Assembly: GCA_964016885.1 (NCBI GenBank)
Contig: OZ024742.1
Coordinates: forward strand, 91,388,001 to 91,452,000
Source: Eledone cirrhosa
Lineage: Eukaryota
Reading direction: 5' to 3'
Length of the DNA stretch: 64,000 nt
Under the pieces are notes generated by a model. The model was not told where the DNA came from. It saw only the letters and a program-made list of their open reading frames with translations, and made no database searches. This document shows, piece after piece, positions 53,103 to 64,000 of this stretch (positions are counted from its first letter, which is position 1; the number at the start of each line of letters is the position of its first letter). Both the position numbers and the translations under genes were made by a program.

Positions 53103-55192
53103 TCTGTATGTGGGGTGTGTATGTGAGCGTGTTCGTATGTTTGCTTGTATGTGTTTGCAGGTATGCGTATATACATGTAGTTAAATGTCTATATATAATA
53201 GAGCATTTTTGTGCGTGTTGATTTTAATGATTAGATTTGTAAATATGTTAATGTCGTTTTTTAGTCTTAAAATATCACGCACGGCATTCCATATATTAGA
53301 ATTGTTTTGTGTACTGAAATGGTGGGGTGAACGCGATATAGAATACCCAGTTTTTTGTATATGTTTTGAAAATAAATCAACGACAACAAGTGATTATTCT
53401 ACTATCACCTCCCATGGCTGTGGTGTCTGGCAATTAACTTGATTCTGTTTGTTTTGTTGCTGTTTATATTCTTGTGTCATTAAATCCCATACTGTCGTCT
53501 GCTGTCAACCAATCCAGCCTCTTTAAAGACATATAGCGAATCTAGCCGACATGTTTTATTAATCTCTTGTTCCTTTCCTCTCTTTTTTACCACCTCTACC
53601 TACTACACTCTTTCACGGGGGGACTCTACCTGGTCGTTCAACCTTCTAGAAATAGCGACCAAATCAACGTGAAATCATTTCTCACAGTGCATTGGAAAGG
53701 ACGTGCGTCGTTGCACACGATGAGCAATCGAGTTGTTCGACCAACGGAACAACCTGCTCGTGAAATTAACGTGCAAATAGGTGAGCATTCTTCAGCCGCA
53801 TGTACTTTTAACGTAACTCTCGTGGAGATTCAGCGAGATACAGTGTGTGACAAAGCTTGTTGTATGAAATGCAGGGAGAATACACTCCACGATGTCCCAA
53901 ACAGTTTTCATTTGCTCAATTTCTTTCACAAAACTTTGGTCAATCCAGCACTATGAGAAATGACACTCAACATGCCAGGCCGTGGGTTAAATCTGGGATC
54001 TTGTGATTGCGAAGCGAACTACTCAACCCTTTGCCTGTGCTGTATTCTCTTTCTCACAGCCTGAAATAAGGCAATGTAATTGTTCATACGTCTAAAAAGA
54101 TTAAGATGGGGTTACGCATGGAACGTCTTTGATCATAGGTCTATTTGAGCAGGCTTGATTCATGATTAAACAACAACAATATCAATAGCAACAGTAAACA
54201 GCAGCAGCAGCATCAACAGCAGCGTCAACAGCAAAAACGACATAAAAAACAACGGCAACATCTACAACAACAACAAAAACGGCAACAATAACCACGACAA
54301 CATCAATAACAACAGCCATAACTACAGAATTAGTGACAACAACAATGACGACGACGACAGCAACAACAACAACAACAACAACAAAATCAGCAATAACAGC
54401 AACAACAACGACGACGGTGACAACAACAACGTGATGACAACACAAACAAAAATAACAATAACATCAGCTATCCTCTTTCATTCTGTATATATCAGTATTT
54501 AATTGATAGGGATATTTGACAACTCTAATTTGCTATGTAGTTTTTTTTAATTCTAATGTTAACTTTGTTTATATGTGCTCAGTATATAGAGTGTTTGGGC
54601 GTCGGACACCCTGTTTCGTGGCATAGAATTACGGCACTTTACCTTCTGAGTTCAAATCCCACCGAGCTTAGCTTTCCCTTGGAGTCGATAAAATGAAGCT
54701 CAAGTAATGCACTGGAGTCGATTTAATCAACTTCCCTTCTCTCCCTAAGAAACAGGTGACCGTCTTCCGAAATCAGAAACCATTGTAGTCCAAATCTTGC
54801 TGAGGTCGATTTTGGTCTTCATTCTTCCATATGTATGAATGCATGGTCCCTTCAAGTGTTACAAATGTATACATAGTTACTCTACAACGCGACCAGAACT
54901 GCATCGACAAGAATATTTGCAAGTAGGTGCTAACAGACACCTTTGTGAAGAATATATTACACATTACTCCATAGATCAGGTATTTTATAAATAAATTAGA
55001 CACAAAACCAATTTTGTGTAGGTTGAAGTATTGTTGATATAAAAATGTTTTTTTTACCCGTGTAACTGTTCTCATTCAGTGGGATGTGGCGATACTGGAT
55101 CACAATAACCAGAAAACAAAATATACATTAACTAATTGTAAAACGAGAGAGAGAGAGGGGGGAGGAGAGAGAGAGAGAGAGAGAGGGGGGGG

Positions 55193-55260
<68 letters not shown>

Positions 55261-55639
55261 AAGAGAGAGAGAACAATAAGACAGTCTAGCAACATCTTTA
55301 TCAATTGTCAGACTACCTAGGAATGGATAAATTATAGTATAATGACCCATAATTCCTGATCGAGTCGTAAGGACGCTGTAGTGACATATACAGTTTCTTA
55401 GGCGTTTTAAGCCTAGCGAAGCCCGACCCTCTCCAGATCTGAACACAGTAGATTTCTTCCAGAAAGTGATAGAAGACGATTCGCCACCACTACTTGACTG
55501 ATACTTTGTTTAAATACATCGAAAGGATGATATGCAACATTGACCTCAGCGAGATTTGAACTCAGAGAGTAGAGAGCTGGAACGAATACCGCAAAGCATT
55601 CTATCCGACGTTCTAACAACTTTGCCAATTCGGAACTTT

Positions 55640-56000
55640 GGAATGGATGAAAACATATTTCAATACGTGATTTGTAACAAGGAGCATGTAATCAGAGAAT
55701 ATAATACTGGTATTAAATATATATGGTCATCAGATTTCTCTGAATGTAATAATTCCGTGGTCCACAATGTGTTTCCTGTTTCAGTACTCATACAAACATT
55801 TGGACTACTCGATAGAAGGTTAATTAAGATGCAAGACATTGATGTTAAAAGCAGAGAACTACTAAGCCCCATTAGAAATTTTTACATCAGTAATCTTCAC
55901 CGCCTCTACCTAAAATAGAAACACGGAAATAGAAGCATAACATCCGTTCAAACAGCATACCAAAGTCGCATCATATCACTTTCGACATCTTTGAAGTAGT
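55640..56000 (+). mobile_element. R4/Dong-like LINE relic (RT thumb region)
   Basis: NKEHVIREY..GIKYIWSSDFSECN...HNVFPVSVLIQTFGLLD....QDIDVKSRELL...HRLYLK*KHGNRSI matches KIWxSELSxxNK...HNxFAVP..TFG..DW...IDxKTRK...RLYLxRxxGGRGL. Confidence 0.75.
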
Positions 56001-57585
56001 TCAAGCGTGACCATATCGTCATTATCTAATGTGTCGTTTACTTATTTAAGGCCTAAGTAAATATTTCAGAAAAAAACCCAAATTGGCTGCTATTTCTAGC
56101 AGGTTGATTGACAACATCGCGGCTCTTTTGTTGGTTCACAGAAATGTATTTTTTGTGGGAATGCTACAGTTGGTTTAATCGACTGCCAATACTTGAGTGG
56201 TGTTTATTTTATTGATCTTCTCGAGGAACGATGGACAAAAACAACAACACAAAAGCAAACAAAACACAAGTCCCCCCCCCCCCCCCCCAAGAAAAAAGCA
56301 ACAAAAAAACCCACAAAAAAATCAACAAAAAAAAACAACAAAAAAAAAAAACAACCAAGACAAACCAACCTTGCCAAAATTGAAACTCGAATAGGATGTG
56401 ACTAAACACTATAATGTATTTTATCTGACACTCCAACCCCCTTTGTGGATGTAATATGGCTGGTTAAGAAGCTGGTTTCAAAATTATAAATCCAAGGTTC
56501 GATCACAGTTTGTAGCGTCTTGGATAAGTGGATTTTATGATAGTCTCAGGTCGACCTAAGCCTTGTGAGTAAAACTGGATTGAGAGAAACTGGAAGCTAG
56601 TTGCATAGATATTAAAAGTCTAGTCTTGTCATATATTATGTGAAACTGAACCTCTGAGAATTACGTTAGGGATTGACGTGTATGTGGAATGTTAAGCCAC
56701 ATACACTACAATACTTACACAAGATATGTTGTACTTGTAATTCGAAGGGGATGCATTGTCACACATTGCGTCGTCAAGCTGAATCTCCCTGAGAATTATT
56801 TTAAGGTTTCACGTGTTTGTAGAATGCTCAGCCACTTACACATCAATTTCACACGCAGGCTATTCCGTTGACCAAACCACTGGAACACATGTCGTCGAAA
56901 CCGACGGAATTCCATTCCATTTAATTCTACCTCCCGCTCCCTATCTTGTAACATAATGAGACAATTAAAAAGATCATTAAAAGGCCAGCCATTCCGTCAC
57001 GTCTCGTCTGTAATGGTTAGTTTCCTACTTTTAATGTCTACTGCCAAATAATTTTTGCCTAGTGTTTTCACAGTTGCCAACCTTGGATTAAAAAAAGGAG
57101 GCAGTTAATAAAAATAGGGGACAGCTTGCGTATTAATTAGTATAAGGGGTCACACTCTAGGATTGACCCTTAAATATAACGAGATGCCAGTAGGAGAGAC
57201 CGTTTATCAAATAAAAAATAACAAAAACCAAAGAAAATATTGGGAGGAAATGAAGATGAAAGAAGCATAAAAAAGAGTGAATTTATTAAGTCAATAAACA
57301 CGATTTTTTCGTGTAGTATTTTCCATTCTCACCTTTGTTATTTTTACTATTATTATCATTCTTTTTATTTTCACTGAATACGGAAGTAAAGTAGTTAGGA
57401 AGTAAATAAAAATATGATTAAAAAATACCGTCTGCTACTGTTTCCGCAATATTGTATTTTCTATGATAAACTTATGTGATCGTCTGTTACTCGAGTCGAG
57501 CTGTTGTCTGTTAATTCAAAGTAAACATCATTTCACAACTGGAGCTGTCTTTTTAGACAGGTTCTGCACTGGCTTACCGACTTAC

Positions 57586-57702
57586 TCCCTCTTAAAATGT
57601 TCAACCGCTTTTATTTTCAAAGTCACATCGTCGCTCCCAGACTTTCCAGTGTCACGACTTAGGAAATCGGTAACTTTTAATGTTTTACTCAGACTGTATA
57701 TA
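57586..57702 (-). CDS. Candidate 117-nt internal exon of an unidentified gene
   Basis: Acceptor ctttctctcatag|, donor ga|gtaagt, symmetric phase 2-2, open frame IYSLSKTLKVTDFLSRDTGKSGSDDVTLKIKAVEHFKR; no recognisable domain. Confidence 0.35.
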
Positions 57703-58003
57703 CTATGAGAGAAAGTAAGACGAAGATGGGAGAGGGAGAGGGGAAAAGAAACTGATAATAAGTGAGGAAGATAGAAAGAGTGTGAGGAAGTGAGCAAGAG
57801 ATAGAGAATGGAATGGCTAAATCATTGAGTTATGTCAGTGTCCCTAGCATAGACTTTCATGTGAGAAATTATTAGATATTAAATTCAATGTATATATATA
57901 CATACATACATACATACATACATACATACACACACACACCAATTGAACCCGGGACTCATACACACACACAGACACACACATATATATATATACATACTCA
58001 CAC

Positions 58004-58057
<54 letters not shown>

Positions 58058-58285
58058 TCAGTTGAACCTCGGTTGACGAAAGATGTCTCGAGTAACAAAT
58101 ACGCATTCCGGCAACAACGGTTGGAAACGGCGTGAAAGCGTCACTTGCAGTGTAGCTAGTTACTATGGTAATATTTATCTTTCTTTCACATTCAATCTCT
58201 TTCTCACTGAATTTCTCTCTCAATATTTCGTATGGGAAAATTAGTTTCAGCTTACGTTCATTTTGGCTGACGAACGGCCTTCAAG

Positions 58286-58403
<118 letters not shown>

Positions 58404-58499
58404 TGTGTGTGTGTGTGTGTGTGAGAGTCCTGGGTTCAATCTGGGGTACTACATTATATAATATACTCAATACATTAGTAGTATGTAAACATAATGTTT

Positions 58500-58613
58500 A
58501 ATATAGAAATGGTTTCTAGAGGACTAGAACTATTTTATTGAAAATAAATCAGCATTTCCTGATGATTTCTTTTGAATGAAACAGTTCTATTCTTATAGAA
58601 GCCATTTCTATAT
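58500..58613 (+). mobile_element. Family 5 fold-back with degenerate hammerhead (58552-58602)
   Basis: gcatttc CTGATGA t ttc-tttt-gaa t GAAA cag...tta TA gaagc; diverged inverted arms 58500-58554 / 58560-58613; third relic at about 62523-62571. Confidence 0.65.
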
Positions 58614-58619
58614 TTAACA

Positions 58620-58670
<51 letters not shown>

Positions 58671-59472
58671 CATACATATATATGAGAGAATATGTATGTG
58701 TATGACTCAGCATATATATGATTCAGTTTCGGTTTATAAACCCAAGTGAGAAATGTATATTTTAGCTCCAACGGTTGTAAAATCGTGATGCCGACCTAAC
58801 TGAATATCACTTCCCTTTGATAGGGAGAATTCACGATCCATTGCCAAATTTTGTATATGGTGTTCACCACAGTATAGGAATCGTAGTACAAGGGATCTTA
58901 GAAAAGAAACAACAGCGGAAATATAAACATATAGTGATGAATATTTCAGTGGTTTGATTAACGGGACAACCTATTGATAAAATGAACGTCTACGTAGGTA
59001 ACGACTCCACAGAGCTCAGACACGTGTATTCGTAGCGTAGTTCTCAGAGGGATTCGGCGTGACATAGCGTGTACCTATGCTGGCTCTTTGAATTACAGGT
59101 ACTCTCTAAGATTATGGTGGCGGGTTGCCGCATTTATAAGTTTGAGAGCTTCCTATGACACAATCAACAGTGTTAACCAATGGAAAACTATACACCAACA
59201 AGATGACAATAAAATCCGTTTCAGGATATTGTTTTTAAAACGACAAAACAGTCGTTGATTATGAAATATAATTAACTCTCACTAATTGAAAATTTCGCTT
59301 CGCAATCAGAAGGCTCGAGGTTCAATCCAACTTCATGGCGTCTTGTGCATGTATCATTTACCATAACCTCGTATCAATCCAAACCTTGTGAGTGAAATTG
59401 GGTAGGTTGGAACTGTTTCTATTTAGAAACCCGTCTAATCAATTGTACCTGCAATTCCAAGCGCCAGCATTG

Positions 59473-59589
<117 letters not shown>

Positions 59590-60328
59590 GTGTCTCACAG
59601 ATCTCCCTGATAATTGCGATAAGGGCACACATGTCTGCGGGATGCTCAGTCACTTGCTCGTTGCTTTCACGAGTAGGCTGTTCCGTTTGGTAGATCTGGG
59701 TATATACCCTGTAGAATTCAACGGAGGTCCATTCCATTAGCATAAGCCCCATAACTAGTGAATTACTGAATTATGTTTTCTTAGATTGGCACAAAACTAC
59801 AAGCTATTTGGAGGTGGTGGATAGAAGGAATAGTCGATTAAAAGGAAAACCACTACTTGAATGGTTTTTATTCTATCAATCCTGGGGGATTTTAACGCTA
59901 AGTCCATCCCGGCGTATCTAAATATCGCAAAGCATATTTTGTCAACCGCTCTTCCGAATTATTTGGAGGTGGTGAGTAAGTGGTGGTCGATTAAAAGGCG
60001 ACGCACTACTTGATTAGTTTTTTATTCTATTGATGCTGGTGAGAATTAAAGTCCATCCCACCATATCTAAATATCACAAAGCATATTGTGTCAACTGCTC
60101 TACCGAGACCTGAAAGTTCTGAAATTATATGTCCGAAAAGAAAGCGAAGACAGTGTAGCCACAACTGAACAGTTATCGAACTATGGAAAATAGATAACAA
60201 TCAATACATCGATCGACATGACATCACGCATGTACAAATTCATTAATGAAAATAAAAACGAAAAATAACAATAGTAACATCAACTGTAGCAGCTACAACA
60301 ACAACGACAACAGCAGCAGCAGTAACAC

Positions 60329-60371
<43 letters not shown>

Positions 60372-61838
60372 GTAGCAGTAACAAGAAGCGTTCTAACTCA
60401 AAAGTAATTTTAAATACTTGCAAACAGTGTTGAATGATACCACAAGACCTACTAAACTCTATTTTCAACTTGCTTGCACAAATTAAACGTACGATTAAAC
60501 TTGATCAGCAATCTTTGATCGAGCTGTCGCCTGCTTCACTGACGTGTAATATTTTATGCGGCATTTGAACAACTAGAAAGTTATATACGGCTAATATAAC
60601 TACTGTTTGGACACATTTTAGCTAATTCACAGCGGTTGAAGTGTGAAGTTCTATAAATCATCTTTCATTGCGCAATATCTGAACGTTTGTAAATTGTTTA
60701 GGAGCAATCGTATGAGTAGAATTTCAATGTAAAAACATCGATAGCTAATAAGGTTATGTTCGATATGCATCTGCTCCTCTCATGCATTCTCTGATATAAC
60801 CTGACGAAATATTTCATTCTTTATTAACCAAACAGATAACGAATGAAAACAAATGAAATATTTTTCTTTGTATACAGGAAAAGTATTTTAATGGATTTCA
60901 CAATAATAACGATTATAGCTATCGTTTTTCGCTTAACCGATTTCGTTTTCTTAGATAATCTGTAACTCGCCAAGCAGACTACACGTTGAAAAGAGCTTCG
61001 CAGCAAATTCCCGAAAAAAAGTAAACACAAAAAAAAAAGAAACGTTTTCTAACAATAAAAAGAAAGAAAGAAACAATTATTTTATTTGGAAATCATTGAT
61101 AAAAGTTTGAACTTCCTTAGCGCAGTATTGGTTGTGTGGTTAGCGAATTGCTTCGCAACTACGAGGTTTCGTGTTCAAATCCATGGCATTGGAATTTAGG
61201 TACGTGTCTCACCATAGACTCGGATTGACCCAAATATTTTGAATGAAGTTGGGTATAGATGTATCTGTGTGGAAGAGTGTTCGATGGATTGTACCTGCAA
61301 TTCAAATGTCCAGCTTTCTTTCAATATTTCACATTGATACTGCCTAAATGACTATGGAATAAGAAAAAAAAATACAGCCATCATTCGCAATCCAGTATGA
61401 CTTACCAGTATGTACCATGCTTTCTCTAAGGGCTTTGGGTACCCATACAGACATGAGCTGACACACACATTATCTCGACCCTCCCTCCGGCGGAACAGCC
61501 TGGGTGTGACAATTGGAACGAAAGAGGGTGACACCAGCAATAGACTTGAACTTTTTCATGGGCCCAGAAAGGATGAAAAGCTCGGAACAAATATCCAAAG
61601 GTCTGAAAACTCTGCCAGACTGACTGTAGAATATTCAGACACTTACACCTTAATTCACTGCTGTGGCCTTCAGGTGATCGAATGATTGAATGCTGATTAT
61701 CGAAAACAGTGAATGATCCACCACCATTCAATGCCTTCACTTTTTCTTAATGTACCGTGCTTTGAATTTTGAGAAAGTTTGTTATTATTTTAGCGGGACT
61801 TGGAGAACCCACCTACAGTTTTTCACTGCACCGTGAAA

Positions 61839-62135
<297 letters not shown>

Positions 62136-62313
62136 TCGTATATATATATATATATATTGTTATACTTTGGGAGGGTCATGTTGCCAATAAGAAACGTACG
62201 CACCAGTTGCTTTCACTTCAATTTATTATAATAAATTTATAAATTTAGGAATTTATAAATTTCCGGTTGGTTGGTTTTCATATATATATATATGAAAACG
62301 TTCAGAGTCTTGA

Positions 62314-62401
62314 ACATTTTCCTATTACCCACTCTACTACCCTAAGTATTGAGTACTCTGATGCGTTATGGTCCATCTGGTTCCTTACTACACTTCCTTC
62401 G

Positions 62402-62404
<3 letters not shown>
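62314..62404 (+). mobile_element. Family 4 3' fragment
   Basis: Matches 19333-19423; ends ccttcgtt-(AT)n. Confidence 0.8.
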
Positions 62405-62447
<43 letters not shown>

Positions 62448-62611
62448 ATTCATGTAGAATTGGGGGTAACCACCGTAAATAAGATACTTAATACATAAAT
62501 AGAGTAAGAACAACGAAAATTTAATATAGAAAACGTTTCTACAGGACTAGAAATATTTTATTCGCATGAAATATATATATATATACGCATGTATGTATGA
62601 ATATATATATA

Positions 62612-63633
62612 ATAAATCATGTCTTATGAATCATCAGATATTAAAATATATACTATTTCTTCTTCTAATCAGCATAATTAACCATATACAAAATACATCC
62701 TAGCAAGTTATAAGAATAAATTCTCTTATGGGGAAATCTCCGACAAATAATCGATCGTAGCCTCTTCGCGTCGGCCCCGTTCCATTATTTATCCAACATT
62801 TCGACAGCATGTAGGATCCGACTAAATATACCATCAACCACACATAATTAGTAGTAAAATTAAACTTAGAAGAAATGCGCACATACCGTAATTATATCTC
62901 TACCATGGTTTCTTCCTTATTTAGGACTTCCAAATAATATGGATGCTCAAAGTTAGGTTTCATCAGGAGATAAACTCAAAAATCAGACATCTAGTTTTTC
63001 TAACCGATCGCGCCAAATTTAGATTCAAAAATGGCTAAAATCACTATGTAGTTGTGTTCCAGCCAGAGAGAAAGAGTGTGATTGGTTGCTTACGGCGGGT
63101 AGGCTTGCTGCTAGAAAGCGCAGCCATATATCGCCAAATTTAATCTCAACCAATTGGGAGATTATTAAATATAAAGGTTATCATATACATAAAGTTAAAG
63201 ATATATATATGTTGCAACTGTTCACTTTTAAGCTCTATGAAGAATTAATAAATTAAAATCAAAAAATCAGAGCATTATATCATAAATCATGTCTTATGAA
63301 TCATCAGATATTAAAATATATACTATTTCTTCTTCTAATCAGCATAATTAACCATATACAAAATCGACCCTAGCAAGTTATAAGAATAAATTCTCTTATG
63401 GGGAAATCTCCGACAAATATTCGATCGTAGCCTCTTCGCGTCGGCCCCGTTCCATTATTTATCCAACATTTCGACAGCATGTAGGATCCGACTAAATATA
63501 CCATCAACCACTCATAATTAGGAGTAAAATTAAACTTAGAAGAAATGCACACATACCGTAATTATATCTCTACCATGGTTCTTCCTTATTTAGGACTTTC
63601 AAATAATATGGATGCTCAGAGTTAGGTTTCATC

Positions 63634-63635
<2 letters not shown>
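62612..63635 (-). mobile_element. Family 6 partial tandem, 670-nt period, one hammerhead per unit
   Basis: Direct repeats 62612-62966 and 63282-63635; (TA)n flanks. Confidence 0.85.
62895..62972 (-). ncRNA. Type I hammerhead ribozyme with extended stem II (family 6)
   Basis: tatctc CTGATGA aa cct...agg aa GAAA ccatgg TA gagata; palindromic stem III. The second copy (63565-63635) has GAA for GAAA and lacks the stem I 5' strand. Confidence 0.75.
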
Positions 63636-63709
<74 letters not shown>

Positions 63710-64000
63710 ATATGTATATATATATATATGTATGTATCTTCCCTTGTCCACATTTTGAATTTGGGAAAAGGCATGTGATAGTTGAGGCATTAGCCACTGC
63801 TAACAATAGAAGCTTACTACATCATACCACACCGGGTCAAGGCACAGAACGTAAACCGGTTGATAATATGAATCCCCAGTTCGGTCTTCAAACAACAACA
63901 ACTTGCATACTTGCGCAAGTAGGATTGTTGATTTTGGATTTCATAGAAACCTGTCGGAGAAACGACGATCTGCCTCCGAGATAGTCCAGGGTTGTTTTCT

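Noticed and set aside
62612-62640. Minus-strand CTGATGA t tcat-aagac-atga hairpin (also at 63282-63310)
   Set aside because: It is followed by TTTA rather than GAAA, with no stem III or cleavage triplet.

Overview
Eukaryotic, AT-rich, microsatellite-saturated intronic or intergenic DNA. The repeat complement (abundant tRNA-derived SINEs, RTE/CR1/R4/Tx1 LINE relics, a C2H2 zinc-finger remnant) suggests an octopus or other coleoid cephalopod; this is inferred, not proven. No complete host gene is visible, only one or two candidate minus-strand exons. Nearly all ORFs in the supplied track are microsatellite or antisense artefacts. The real coding remnants are transposon-derived: a Tx1/L1 3' ORF at 48.9-50.0 kb, an RTE C-terminus with three C2H2 fingers, a Penelope-like GIY-YIG endonuclease, and CR1, R4/Dong, Helitron and Merlin relics. 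The main hidden signal is a set of about nine short element types, mostly non-coding, carrying intact or partial type I hammerhead ribozyme motifs (CUGANGA...GAAA...UH). Most sit in (TA)n tracts, often as fold-back inverted repeats or partial tandems. Monomers of 323, about 418 and 670 nt can be read directly, and helix pairing is preserved between diverged copies. Five types share a non-canonical mismatch at the base of stem II, and two or three share an octamer/TATA-like upstream module. This looks like a Penelope-mobilised retrozyme (self-cleaving, possibly circular RNA) system. All structures were folded by eye; cleavage activity is untested.
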